A stretch of DNA of 64,000 bases, from contig JAISQJ010000151.1 of assembly GCA_031274285.1 (NCBI GenBank), positions 3,843-67,842 of the forward strand, given 5' to 3'. This DNA comes from Treponema sp. Its GTDB lineage: Bacteria; Spirochaetota; Spirochaetia; Treponematales; Breznakiellaceae. The first letter of the stretch is position 1. The number at the start of each line of letters is the position of its first letter. Positions 52,727 to 62,368 of this stretch are shown piece after piece. The translations under genes were made by a program, and so were the position numbers. Below the pieces are notes generated by a model that worked only from the letters and a program-made list of their open reading frames with translations, was not told where the DNA came from and made no database searches.

Positions 52727-53749
52727 CTACCGCTGCACCCGGCCGGAGGCGTCGCCGCCGACCAGCTTCCGGACCTCGTCCACCGTGACCAGGTTGTAAT
52801 CCCCTTCGATGGTGTGTTTAAGGCAGCTTGCGGCCGCGGCGAATTCCAGGGTCTCCTGGGGGGGAAACCCCTGGACGATACCGTAGATAAGGCCGGCCCC
52901 AAAGCTGTCGCCGCCCCCTACCCGGTCCACAATATGGATGGGGTATTTTTTGGAAAAGTAGAACCGGCTGCGGTCGTAGAACATGGCCCCCCAGTTATTA
53001 TCGTTGGCGTTGATAGATTCCCGCAGGGTAATGGCCACCTGCTTAAAGCCAAAACACTCCGCAAGGGTTTTGGCCACCTCCTGATAACCCTCGCGGTTTA
53101 TCTTCCCCGTGGTTACGTCGGCGCCCACGGCCTTAATGCCAAACACATCAGCGGCGTCTTCCTCGTTGGCGATACAGAGGTCCACCTGCTTAACCAGTTT
53201 ACCCATTACCTCGGCGGCCTTTTCCCTGGACCAGAGGTTTTTGCGGTAGTTAAGATCGCAGGAAACGGTGAGCCCATTGGATTTGGCCGCCTGGGCCGCC
53301 GCCAAGGTGATCTCCGCCACATTAGTCCCCAGGGCGGGGGTAATGCCGGTAAAGTGGAACCAGCTTGCCCCCGCGAAGATCTTGTCCCAGTCAAAGTCCT
53401 CCGGGGCGGCGGCGGCGATAGAGGAACCGGCCCGGTCGTAGATCACCTTGCTGGCCCGCTGGCTGGCCCCCTTCTCTAAAAAGTAGATCCCCACCCGGCT
53501 GCCGCCCCGGACAATCCGGGAGGTATCAACCCCAAACTGCCGCAGGGTATTTACCGCCGCCTGGCCTATCTCATGTTTGGGCAGTTTGGTCACATAGACG
53601 GAATCCAGGCCAAAATTGGCCAGGGAGATGGCCACATTGGCCTCCCCGCCGCCGTAGACGGCCCCAAAACGCTGGGCCTGGACAAAACGGTAATAGCCTT
53701 CCGGGGCAAGGCGCAGCATAATTTCACCAAAGGTAACAATTTTTCCCAT
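52727..53749 (-). CDS. kdgK: 2-dehydro-3-deoxygluconokinase (PfkB-family sugar kinase)
   Basis: MGKIVTFGEIMLRLAPEG, GGGEANVAISLANFG, C-terminal DRVGGGDSFGAGLIYG. Adjacent to eda. Confidence 0.85.
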   Translation of the reverse strand: MGKIVTFGEIMLRLAPEGYYRFVQAQRFGAVYGGGEANVAISLANFGLDSVYVTKLPKHEIGQAAVNTLRQFGVDTSRIVRGGSRVGIYFLEKGASQRASKVIYDRAGSSIAAAAPEDFDWDKIFAGASWFHFTGITPALGTNVAEITLAAAQAAKSNGLTVSCDLNYRKNLWSREKAAEVMGKLVKQVDLCIANEEDAADVFGIKAVGADVTTGKINREGYQEVAKTLAECFGFKQVAITLRESINANDNNWGAMFYDRSRFYFSKKYPIHIVDRVGGGDSFGAGLIYGIVQGFPPQETLEFAAAASCLKHTIEGDYNLVTVDEVRKLVGGDASGRVQR

Positions 53750-53808
53750 CTCATGTACTCCTTAACATAGGGCGTGACCGTCCGTGGTTTCGTCTGATGC
53801 GGCAAAAG

Positions 53809-54777
53809 TTATTTTTTCTGGAGCAGGTGCCAGGCAAAGCCCAGAATCTCATCCTTGGCGAAGATCACGTTGATCTTCCCCTCCGCGTTTTTCTTGACGG
53901 AGGCGGGATCAAAGGTGATACCCAGTCGTTCCAGATAGGCCTGGGCCCGGACAAGGGTATTGGTGGCCACGGCGATATGGCCGTTTAACCCGGGGGCGCC
54001 GGGGAGCTTCATGATCTCCAGGTAGTCGCCGGCAAAGACCGAGGTGTTTCCGTCCTTCACCGTAAAACCGAAGAGGCTATTGATAAGGGCCGCCCCTTTT
54101 TTGGCCGCCTCCTCGCTTTTGGCGTTAAGCCCAAAGTGGACCACCGTAAAGCCGAACATCGTAAAAACCGCCTCTTTGGAAAGGGCGGTGATCTTTGCAA
54201 AATCCCCGGCGTTGATAAGGTCCGCCCCGACCATCCAGGTACCGCCGCAGGCGAGGATTTTATCGTAAGCCAGGTACTTACCGATATTCCCGGCGTTGAT
54301 CCCGCCGGTGGGGATGAATTGAAGGCTGGTGTAAGGGGCGGCCACGGCCTTGATATAGTCGATACCGCCGGACTGCTCGGCGGGGAAAAACTTGACCACC
54401 TCCAGTCCCGCCTCCAGGGCCGCCTCAAAGTCCGAAGGGTTGGAGCAGCCGGGGGTGACGGGAATTCCCTTTTCGATACAGTAATTGACCACTTTGGGGT
54501 TGTAGCCGGGGCTGACGATAAATTTGGCCCCCGCCTTTAGGGCCCGGTCCACCTGATCGGTACTCAGCACCGTCCCCGCCCCCACCAGACATTCGGGAAC
54601 CTCGGCGGCAATCCGGCGGATCGCCTCCTCCCCCTGGGCGGTTCTAAAGGTGATCTCCGCGCAGGGGATCCCCCCGGCAATCAGGGCCCGGGCCAGGGGA
54701 ACCGCCTTGCCGGGATCGTCAATTTTGATAACCGGAATGATCCCGATTTTCCCTAAATCTTCTAAAACCTTATCCAT
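53809..54777 (-). CDS. eda: KDPG/KHG aldolase (Eda) with an additional C-terminal domain of about 110 aa (VOC/glyoxalase-like guess)
   Basis: GIIPVIKIDD, GIPCAEITFRT, GAGTVLSTDQV, KFIVSPG, VKFFPAE, PTGGI. A further domain starts around FTMFGFTVVHFGLN. Confidence 0.85.
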   Translation of the reverse strand: MDKVLEDLGKIGIIPVIKIDDPGKAVPLARALIAGGIPCAEITFRTAQGEEAIRRIAAEVPECLVGAGTVLSTDQVDRALKAGAKFIVSPGYNPKVVNYCIEKGIPVTPGCSNPSDFEAALEAGLEVVKFFPAEQSGGIDYIKAVAAPYTSLQFIPTGGINAGNIGKYLAYDKILACGGTWMVGADLINAGDFAKITALSKEAVFTMFGFTVVHFGLNAKSEEAAKKGAALINSLFGFTVKDGNTSVFAGDYLEIMKLPGAPGLNGHIAVATNTLVRAQAYLERLGITFDPASVKKNAEGKINVIFAKDEILGFAWHLLQKK

Positions 54778-55062
54778 TCCGCACCTCGGTATAACAAATT
54801 GCCCCCCAGGGGGATGTCAGCAATACAGCCGTTTTGTTGACATACGCTGATTATTGCGCTATTGCGGGATAAATGCAACAAAGTTACACCAGCCGGGAAG
54901 GGGGGGCCCGTTACCGGACAGAGGAGCGGCGCTTAAAACGGCCCCTTTGGCCCCCCCTTGGCTCCAGCCCCCGCCCCCCCGGGGCGCGGTCTTTCGCCAT
55001 CCCCCCTGGGGAAAGACTCGGTTCCCTTGGCAAACACTACAAATAACCACTACACTATAGGT

Positions 55063-55383
55063 ATGAAGCTGCCCGGCGTAGATTGGGATGAAAACAAAAA
55101 TGTGATCAACAAAGCCAAGCATAAAGGCTTGTCCTTTGAAAGTGCCCAGTATGTTTTTACGGATCCCCAAAGGATAGAGCGCCGGGACGAAAGTGAAGGG
55201 AACATATTCGGGGAAGATCGCCGCCAAACCCTAGGCATGGTGGATAAAGTTTTAATGGTTGTCTATACAGAAATCGGAGAAACCAAAAAAATTATATCGG
55301 CGCGGCTGGCCAACAAACCAGAAAGAAGGAGTTATTATGGCTATTATCAAATCGACGGTAAGGGCTGGGAGAAAGATTCCTAA
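55063..55383 (+). CDS. brnT: BrnT-family (DUF497) type II toxin, ribonuclease
   Basis: VDWDENKNVINKAKHKGLSFESAQYVFTDP...EDRRQTLGMV...LMVVYTE...IISARLANKPERRSY. ATG 55063 lies 7 nt after TACACT (TTGGCA-N18-TACACT). Confidence 0.85.
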   Translation: MKLPGVDWDENKNVINKAKHKGLSFESAQYVFTDPQRIERRDESEGNIFGEDRRQTLGMVDKVLMVVYTEIGETKKIISARLANKPERRSYYGYYQIDGKGWEKDS

Positions 55384-55663
55384 AGAGGTAATCCAGGAAG
55401 TAAGGCGCGTAGCCAGGGAAGCCCGGAGACACCCGGAAGCATACGATCCCGAATGTCCTCCCAGTTCTCCTCAAGCCTTGGCTGAATTTGCCGCCCAAGC
55501 CCGGGAGTTACGGAAGCGAAAGTCCGCCCCGGTAGTTTCCGTCCGGGTAAAACCGGAGACCTTGGAAAGATTCAAAGCCCTGGGCCGGGGGTACTCCGGT
55601 ACCATGGGGGATGTGTTGAACTATGTGGCGGAAAACCCGGAAATACTCGCGAAGATTTTATAG
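55337..55663 (+). CDS. brnA: BrnA-family antitoxin
   Basis: AGAAGGAG then ATG. C-terminal VSVRVKPETLERFKALGRGYSGTMGDVLNYV matches the BrnA pattern. Overlaps brnT by 47 nt. Confidence 0.85.
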   Translation: MAIIKSTVRAGRKIPKEVIQEVRRVAREARRHPEAYDPECPPSSPQALAEFAAQARELRKRKSAPVVSVRVKPETLERFKALGRGYSGTMGDVLNYVAENPEILAKIL

Positions 55664-55701
55664 CGTCAACCCCCCCCCCGCACCCTTCTGAATAGGTACC
55701 G

Positions 55702-56835
55702 CTACTTTTCCCCGGCGAAGAGGGCGATTTCCTTCATGAACTTGGGGATGTCGATACCCTGGGGGCAGAGCTTGACACAGGCCCCGCAGGATATGCAGTG
55801 GTGGGCCTTCTCCCGCTCCGGCAAATAGCGGTAGGTGTTATCAAAGACGTCCCGCTTTTTGCTTACCTGGTAGTGGTTGTACTGCCTAAAGACCGTCGGG
55901 ATATCCACCCCCGAAGGGCAGTCCATACAGTAGCGGCAACCGGTACAGGGTATGGTTCCGCTGGCGTTGTAGGCCCGGGCCGCCTGGTCCAGGATCTTCC
56001 GCTCATCGTCGGACAGGGGCGTAAAGGAGGGGTTAAAGGTTTTTAGGTTGTCCTCCATTTGCTCCGGGGTGCTCATGCCCGAAAGTACGGTCATCACCTT
56101 GGGCAGGGAGGCGGCAAAGCGGATGGCCCAGGAGGCGAGGCTGTCCCGGGGGCGGGCGGTTTTGAGGATTCCCGCGGCCTTCTCGTTCAGGCTGGCCAGG
56201 GCGCCGCCCCGGACCGGTTCCATGACGATGACCGGGAGCTTGTGGGCCGTGAGGTACTCGTAAAAGCGCCGGGCGTTGAGCAGATCCCAGTCCACATAGT
56301 TAAGCTGGATCTGGGCGAATTCCCACTCGTAGCCCTCCACCACCTGGGCTAGGAGGTCCGGATCGGAGTGGAAGGAAAAACCCAGCCGCTTGATATACCC
56401 CTCCTCCTTTTTCTTTTTGAGGAAATCGTACATATGCAGGCGCTTAAATCGCTCAAAATGGTCGTAATCAAAGCTGTGGGCCAGGTAAAAATCAAAATAG
56501 TCGGTTTTGCATTTTTTAAGCTGCTCGTCAAAGATGCGTTTAACCTCGTCCTCCGACTTGGCCGTTTCCCAGGTGGGCATCTTGCTGGCCAGGTAATAGC
56601 CGGAACGATCCCGCCGGGACAGCACATCCCCCACAAAGATCTCGCTTTTCCCCTCGTGGTAGGGGTAGGCGGTGTCAAAGTAGTTGATTCCCCCCTCAAA
56701 GGCCATGTTGAGCATCTTTTCCGCCGTAGGGTAATCAATTTTGGCCTTGTCGTTGTCGATCACCGGAAGCCGCATTAAACCAAAGCCCAAAAGGGACACT
56801 TCCGCATCCAGGGAAGTTATTTTCCTTTTTTCCAT
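55702..56835 (-). CDS. Aldo/keto reductase with C-terminal 4Fe-4S ferredoxin-type domain
   Basis: GFGLMRLP, NYFDTAYPYHEGKSE, then CTGCRYCMDCPSGVDIP and CISCGACVKLCPQGIDIP. Confidence 0.88.
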   Translation of the reverse strand: MEKRKITSLDAEVSLLGFGLMRLPVIDNDKAKIDYPTAEKMLNMAFEGGINYFDTAYPYHEGKSEIFVGDVLSRRDRSGYYLASKMPTWETAKSEDEVKRIFDEQLKKCKTDYFDFYLAHSFDYDHFERFKRLHMYDFLKKKKEEGYIKRLGFSFHSDPDLLAQVVEGYEWEFAQIQLNYVDWDLLNARRFYEYLTAHKLPVIVMEPVRGGALASLNEKAAGILKTARPRDSLASWAIRFAASLPKVMTVLSGMSTPEQMEDNLKTFNPSFTPLSDDERKILDQAARAYNASGTIPCTGCRYCMDCPSGVDIPTVFRQYNHYQVSKKRDVFDNTYRYLPEREKAHHCISCGACVKLCPQGIDIPKFMKEIALFAGEK

Positions 56836-56915
56836 TACCTCTCTCCTTGAGTAAAATTTTACTGGATGGATTTACGATACCAAAATTTAGCAGCGAGGTA
56901 AACGGACAGCCGTGT

Positions 56916-58190
56916 TCATTCCCCCGGCGCGGAGGGCTGGCTCGGAGCGGGGCCGCCTGGGCGCCGTCTGCGGCGGCGCCGTTTCTTCGCCGGGGCGGCG
57001 GAGGGGTCCGCCTGCCCGGGGCGATCCGGTTCCGGCCCAGCGGAGGGCGGTCCCGGGGCTCTGCGGGGACGATCCGCCGCCTGCCGGGAGCGGTCTGCCG
57101 CCGGGCGAGGCGGGCCGGGGGTCTCCTCCCCGGCGGGCAGCCGTATGGGGAAGCGGGCCCGCTTCACCGAAAAGCCGTGCTCCGCGAAGATAAGCCGCAC
57201 CGCATGGTCCAGTTCCACCCGGGGGGGATTCATGGGCAGCACAAAGCGGCGGGCCGCTATGAACGCGGTCCGGTAGTTTTCCTGCGGGTCAGGGGCTTCC
57301 CAGTCGGTATTTACCTCCAGGTAGCCGCGGATAAGAGAACTCATGGCCCAGCCCGCGGTGTCCACCTTCCCGGCCGCGGCTTCAAGGTCCCCCAGGTAGG
57401 TCCCCCGGAAATTCGGGTTTTCCTTCAACAGCTTTGACGCGTTGGGCTGGAGGTAACGGTAAAGCCCCATGGCATCAAGCCGCTGGACGATGAGGGCCGC
57501 CGAGGAGGAACGGATAATTTTATTGATCTCCTCGGTAAGCCGGGAGGGGGAAACCTGGGCCAGGAGGGGGGACTCCCGCCGGATCTGCCAGCGCAGGGAC
57601 AGGGGCAGCCTGAAACCTGCGGCGGCGCCGTATTTTACCGCCCGGATCATCCGCACCGGATCATCCTTAAAAATGGTGTTCAGCGGAATGATAGGGCAAA
57701 TCTTCTTTTTTCTGATGTCCCCCATGCCCCCCACAAAATCCACCACGATCTGTTTAAGGGGATCGTAAAACAGGGCGTTCAGGGTAAAATCCCGGCGGAG
57801 CACGTCTTCCTCGATGGTTCCGAAGGTATTGCCCGTATGCCCGTCCTTGAGGGACCGAAAAGTACAGACTTCGAAGATCTTCTTCCCCGCATAGACATGG
57901 ACCAGGCGGAAACGGTTGCCGATGACCCGGGAATTGCGGAAAAGTTTCTTGATCTGGGCCGGGCTTGCCCGGCTTACGATGTCAAAATCCTTGGGTTTCT
58001 TGCCGAGGATCAGGTCCCGCACCGCACCGCCCACGACATAGCTTTCAAAACCCGCTTCCCGCAGCCGCCCGATGACGCGGACCGCATCGCCGTCAACATC
58101 GGCAAGGGAGATACGGTGTTCATCCTGGGTATACACCAGGGCCTTCTTAACGGGTTTCCCGTCTTTAGCTGTCGAATAACGGAAACGCAC
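56916..58190 (-). CDS. pcnB: Poly(A) polymerase I-type polynucleotide adenylyltransferase with Arg/Pro-rich C-terminal tail
   Basis: YVVGGAVRDLILGKKPKDFDIV head domain. PAP-type signature VIGNRFRLVHV. Confidence 0.85.
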   Translation of the reverse strand: MRFRYSTAKDGKPVKKALVYTQDEHRISLADVDGDAVRVIGRLREAGFESYVVGGAVRDLILGKKPKDFDIVSRASPAQIKKLFRNSRVIGNRFRLVHVYAGKKIFEVCTFRSLKDGHTGNTFGTIEEDVLRRDFTLNALFYDPLKQIVVDFVGGMGDIRKKKICPIIPLNTIFKDDPVRMIRAVKYGAAAGFRLPLSLRWQIRRESPLLAQVSPSRLTEEINKIIRSSSAALIVQRLDAMGLYRYLQPNASKLLKENPNFRGTYLGDLEAAAGKVDTAGWAMSSLIRGYLEVNTDWEAPDPQENYRTAFIAARRFVLPMNPPRVELDHAVRLIFAEHGFSVKRARFPIRLPAGEETPGPPRPAADRSRQAADRPRRAPGPPSAGPEPDRPGQADPSAAPAKKRRRRRRRPGGPAPSQPSAPGE

Positions 58191-58199
58191 GGATACTCC

Positions 58200-59216
58200 C
58201 TACCGGTCCCGGATTTGCCGGTTTTCTTCCGGCGGGGGGGACATACACTTCTCGATCCAGGTGAGGAGATTATCCATCACCTCCTCCCGGTTGGTCTCGT
58301 TCAGTGGTTCATGCCGGGCATTGGGGTAGAGCACGAATTCCAGCTTATCGATCCCCATGGCCCGGTACGCGTCCACCAGCGCGGCGGGGCTGGCCCCCAT
58401 GTCCCCCACGGGGTCCGAGGAGCCGGAAAAAATGTAAACGGGAAGCCGCCGGTCGATCCGTTCCATCCGCTCCGGCCGGTGGATACGGTCGAGAAGGGCG
58501 ATAAGGTCCCGGTAAAAGCCGGCGGAACAGGGCATGCCGCAGAGGGGGTCCCGGACAAAGGCGTCTACCTCCCCGTTGTCACGGGAAAGCCAGTCAAAGG
58601 GGGTCCGGTTGGGGCGGAAGGGCTTGTTGTAGGGTCCGTCGGCAATGGCCCGTGAAAGGGCGCTGTAGCGCCTTGGCCCCGCCAGCCGGGAAAGCAGGGC
58701 CATCACCGGGACGCCGGCCCGAATCTTAAAGCCGCCGGGACCCCTGGTTCCCGAAAGGATGCAGCCGGAAAGCCTTGGCGCCGAAGCCCCGTAGGTTTCG
58801 ATGTAGTTCTGGACCAGGAAGGAACCCCAGGAATGGCCCAGGAGGAAGAGGGGAAGGCCGGGGCGCTGTTCCGCGATATGCTGATTCAGGGTGTGGATAT
58901 CCTTCGTTACCAGGGAAAAGCCGTCCTGATCCGCACAGTGGCCCGGCAGCCCGCCCCAGGCGGGATCGTTGACCTTGGGATCTGCAGTATGCCCGTGGCC
59001 CCGCAGATCCATGGCCCATACCTCTATGCCCCTGGCGTTCAGGCGCCGGGCAAGCCGCTCATACCGGAGGGAATGTTCCGCCATGCCGTGAACAATCTGC
59101 AGCAGGGCCCGGCTCTTGTCCGGTTTTGCGGAAACCCAGCGCCGTACAAAAAGCCGTCCGTTCCCGGCGCCGGGGAGCCAGGCCGTGGAATCCGAAAGGG
59201 TATCCGGTCCGTTCAT
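58200..59216 (-). CDS. Alpha/beta hydrolase (lysophospholipase/monoglyceride-lipase-like)
   Basis: HGMAEHSLRY, nucleophile elbow LLGHSWGS, C-terminal ...ARHEPLNE. Confidence 0.8.
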   Translation of the reverse strand: MNGPDTLSDSTAWLPGAGNGRLFVRRWVSAKPDKSRALLQIVHGMAEHSLRYERLARRLNARGIEVWAMDLRGHGHTADPKVNDPAWGGLPGHCADQDGFSLVTKDIHTLNQHIAEQRPGLPLFLLGHSWGSFLVQNYIETYGASAPRLSGCILSGTRGPGGFKIRAGVPVMALLSRLAGPRRYSALSRAIADGPYNKPFRPNRTPFDWLSRDNGEVDAFVRDPLCGMPCSAGFYRDLIALLDRIHRPERMERIDRRLPVYIFSGSSDPVGDMGASPAALVDAYRAMGIDKLEFVLYPNARHEPLNETNREEVMDNLLTWIEKCMSPPPEENRQIRDR

Positions 59217-59378
59217 ACGTCCCTCCGGTCCGTCTGGGCTGCCGATCGCGCTGGAGGCGGGGCTGCGCGTGATTTCATGGACAGATTGTACTCCCTATTC
59301 GCCATTCTTTCAATTATTATTGACGGCAGGCGGGGTATGGCTTTAAAGGAGCGCCCGGCATGAAAATCGGAGGAAGCG

Positions 59379-60602
59379 ATGGCTGCGGGGGACCTGATCA
59401 ACGCGGAGGTGGAACGGATTGCGGCCGGGGGAGCGGGACTGGCCCGCTCCGGGGGGCAGGCGGTCTTTATCCCCTACACCGCGCCGGGGGACCGGATACG
59501 GGCGCGGATACGGCGGGAACACCGGGGCTGGGCCGAGGCCGATCTGGCGGAACTTGTCGAGGCTTCCCCCGGCCGTACGAAGCCCCGCTGCCCCCTTTAC
59601 TACCGGGGGCCGGAGGAAAACCGGCAGGTCTGCGGGGGCTGTTCCCTCCAGCACCTGGACTATGAATCCCAACTGGCGGCCAAGGTGGAAATCCTTAAAG
59701 AAGCCTTCCGCCGCATCGCCCGCCTGCCCCAAGGCCTCCCGGAAGTCCGGGTCTTCCCCTCCCCCCCGTGGGAGTACCGCAACCGGGTCCAGCTCCACCG
59801 GGCCGGGGCGGCCGGGGGGCGCTTCCACGCCGAAGGGGCCGCTGAGGAGGCCGTGGGCTTTATGGCCGCCAAGAGCGGCCGGGTGGTGCCGGCGGAGGAC
59901 TGCCCGGTGGCGGATCCGGGTATCCGGGCCCTCCTGGGCTCGGGGGAACTCAGGGGCCGGGCTGGGAAATTAGGGGCCCCCGCCGGCCGGGATCGTTTTA
60001 CGGTTTACAGCCGGGGGGATCTCCTCCTTACCGGGGGGGACCGGGGCAGGGTGCGGATTCGGGACCGGGACCTGTGGATGGATACGGAGGTTTTTTTTCA
60101 AAGCAATGGGACCATGCTGGAACTCCTTATCGGGGAAATTCTGGATCTGGCGGTCCGGGGGGACCCTTCCCTGCCCCTGGCGGACCTGTACTGCGGGGTG
60201 GGGACCTTCGCCGCCTTCCTGGCCGGCCGCTTTCCCCGGATCGAGCTTTTGGAGGAAAATCCGGGGGCCCTGGCCCTGGGCCGGAAAAATGTTCAGGGAG
60301 GGGAAGCCCGTTTCTTTGCCCTCACCGATAATGAATGGGTAAGGAAGCGGGAGGCGGCCGGGCCTTACGGCCTTATCATCGCTGACCCGCCCCGGCAGGG
60401 CCTTTCCCCCGCCATGCGGCGCTGGCTTGCCGAGGCCCGGGCGCCGCTTTTGCTCTATGTGTCCTGCGATCCAGCGGCCCTGGCCAGGGACAGCCGGGAA
60501 CTTTTGGAGGGCTGGGAGCTTGAAAAATTGGATCTTTACGACTTTTACCCCCAGACCGCCCACATCGAATGTCTTGCGGTATTCAGGGCCGTTTCGCCGT
60601 AA
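59379..60602 (+). CDS. TRAM-domain 23S rRNA (uracil-C5)-methyltransferase, RlmD/RumA family
   Basis: TRAM N-terminus (VERIAAGGAGLARSGGQAVFIPYTAPGDRIRARI), Cys cluster CPLY...CGGCSLQHL, ADPPRQG, YVSCDPAALARD. Confidence 0.85.
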   Translation: MAAGDLINAEVERIAAGGAGLARSGGQAVFIPYTAPGDRIRARIRREHRGWAEADLAELVEASPGRTKPRCPLYYRGPEENRQVCGGCSLQHLDYESQLAAKVEILKEAFRRIARLPQGLPEVRVFPSPPWEYRNRVQLHRAGAAGGRFHAEGAAEEAVGFMAAKSGRVVPAEDCPVADPGIRALLGSGELRGRAGKLGAPAGRDRFTVYSRGDLLLTGGDRGRVRIRDRDLWMDTEVFFQSNGTMLELLIGEILDLAVRGDPSLPLADLYCGVGTFAAFLAGRFPRIELLEENPGALALGRKNVQGGEARFFALTDNEWVRKREAAGPYGLIIADPPRQGLSPAMRRWLAEARAPLLLYVSCDPAALARDSRELLEGWELEKLDLYDFYPQTAHIECLAVFRAVSP

Positions 60603-60609
60603 TGCCCCG

Positions 60610-62298
60610 ATGATCCGGTTCCCCCCGCCTTTCGGACTGGTCACGATGTTCCTGCTGCTCCTGACGATCCCCGCGGGGGCCCAAAATGAGCCCCTCTGGA
60701 GGCTGGCCCTGGGGGGGACGGTGATTGGGACCCCCGTGGCCCAGGGGGGCTCCGTGGCCGCGGTTCTGGATTCCGGCAGCCTCAAGACGGTTTCCGCCCA
60801 GGGCAGACCCCTGTGGACCTATGCTTCCCAGGGCCGTCTTACCCCCTTCCTGACCCGTTCCCCGGAGGGACACTGTTACATCGGCCGGACCAACGGTGAA
60901 TTTATCGCGGTAAACCGGGTGGGGCGGGAACTGTGGCGCGGCAATCTCCGGGCCCCCCTTTCCGGGCCCGCGGTCCTGGGCTGGGACGGGCGGCTGTTTG
61001 TCCCCGGCGGGACCTGGATCCACTGTTTTACCGCGGCGGGGCGGCTCCTGTGGCGGCGGCAGCTTGGGCTTCCCCCGGTCATTCCCCCCGTACCCGACCA
61101 GGACGGCGGTGTGATCCTGGTCCTGGCCAACGCGGCGGCCCTGCGGCTCGGCCCCTTCGGGGAAGCCCAGAGCCTCTACCTTTCCGCCCTGCCCCGGGCC
61201 GTCGTGCCCCTGGGGTCTCCGGGAAACGGCGGCCGCCTGCTCATCCTGTACGAAAACGGGGGCATGGAACTGGCCGATTTCCGATCCGCCGATTTTAGCC
61301 GGGGTCCCCGGCCCCTGCCCCGCCTGGAGGAACGCCCCCTGGCGGCCGCGGGCTGGGGGCTGGACGCGGCGGTACTGCTGGAGTCGGGCCGGATTCTGGC
61401 CCTGAAGGGCCTCACCGGGGAGCCGCTCTGGTCCGCGGACAGCCTAGTGGCTGTTCCCGGCCGGAACGAGCCGCATCCCGCGCTGGTCTGGGATGAACGG
61501 GGAATCTACGCCTTTTCCGCCGCCGGGGCCTCGGGCTTCACCAGGGCGGGGGGGCTGCTCTGGCATCTCGACTTACAGGATACCAGTTCCCTGCCCGGCT
61601 TCGGGGACGACGGGATCCTGTACTCCGGGGGGGCCGACTGGATTCTCAATGCCTATAAGCTGGAGGAGCGGGTCCGGCGGCTTCCCTATGCCATGTACGG
61701 TCCCGCGCCGGAGGGTAATTACGGCGCCGGCTCCCCTCCCCCCTCGTCCTGGACCGGCAACCCCATGCGCTGGGAGGAGTCCGTGCTGGAGGAGCAGCTT
61801 AGGACCATCCGGGGGGACCTGCTTCAGGGCCGGGTCGGGGAGCGGGAACTGGAATACACCGCCTTTTTGATGGAAACCATCGGCGCGGGCGGGGACCCGG
61901 AAAGCTCCCGGCGCCGGCCCCTGGTACAAATAAGCCACCGGGTCCGCTCCCTGGAACTCCTGGCCCTGATGGGTTCCCGCGATACGGTCCCCTTCCTGGC
62001 CCGGATCTTCAGGGACGATCCGGAGCCCGCGGTGAGGACCGCCGCGGCCCTGGCCATCGGCGCCATCGGCCAGGATAAGCAGGGCGCCGCGCTGGATGCC
62101 TTTGCCGGGGCCGTATTCAGTCTCCGGGAAGAACAGGTGATGACGGCAGTGGCCTTTGCCGCCGGGGCCCTGGGCCGCTTCTCCGGCCCTCCCCTCAACG
62201 GCACAGGAATTCAAATCCTCTCGGTCTTAAGCGGCCCGGATCGCCCCAACCAGGTCCGGGCCCTGGCCAAACGGGAGCTTGAGAGCCTTATCAAGTAA
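60610..62298 (+). CDS. Secreted PQQ-like beta-propeller repeat protein with C-terminal HEAT-like repeats
   Basis: Signal peptide MIRFPPPFGLVTMFLLLLTIPAGAQ. Repeated G..LW motifs. C-terminus: VPFLARIFRDDPEPAVRTAAALAIGAIG. ATG 60610 is preferred to the track start, which overlaps rlmD. Confidence 0.65.
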   Translation: MIRFPPPFGLVTMFLLLLTIPAGAQNEPLWRLALGGTVIGTPVAQGGSVAAVLDSGSLKTVSAQGRPLWTYASQGRLTPFLTRSPEGHCYIGRTNGEFIAVNRVGRELWRGNLRAPLSGPAVLGWDGRLFVPGGTWIHCFTAAGRLLWRRQLGLPPVIPPVPDQDGGVILVLANAAALRLGPFGEAQSLYLSALPRAVVPLGSPGNGGRLLILYENGGMELADFRSADFSRGPRPLPRLEERPLAAAGWGLDAAVLLESGRILALKGLTGEPLWSADSLVAVPGRNEPHPALVWDERGIYAFSAAGASGFTRAGGLLWHLDLQDTSSLPGFGDDGILYSGGADWILNAYKLEERVRRLPYAMYGPAPEGNYGAGSPPPSSWTGNPMRWEESVLEEQLRTIRGDLLQGRVGERELEYTAFLMETIGAGGDPESSRRRPLVQISHRVRSLELLALMGSRDTVPFLARIFRDDPEPAVRTAAALAIGAIGQDKQGAALDAFAGAVFSLREEQVMTAVAFAAGALGRFSGPPLNGTGIQILSVLSGPDRPNQVRALAKRELESLIK

Positions 62299-62368
62299 CG
62301 AACCGGTGTCCACGGATTGGTCTTCCTTTTCCCTTCACCGACCGGTAAACTATAACAAGAGGTCTTTG

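Noticed and set aside
54898-55695. BrnTA as an integron gene cassette with attC-like hairpins (chromosomal integrons are known in Treponema denticola)
   Set aside because: There is no intI gene or attI in the window. The flanking hairpins lack recognisable R''/L''-L'/R' (GTTRRRY) core sites. With only one cassette there is insufficient evidence.
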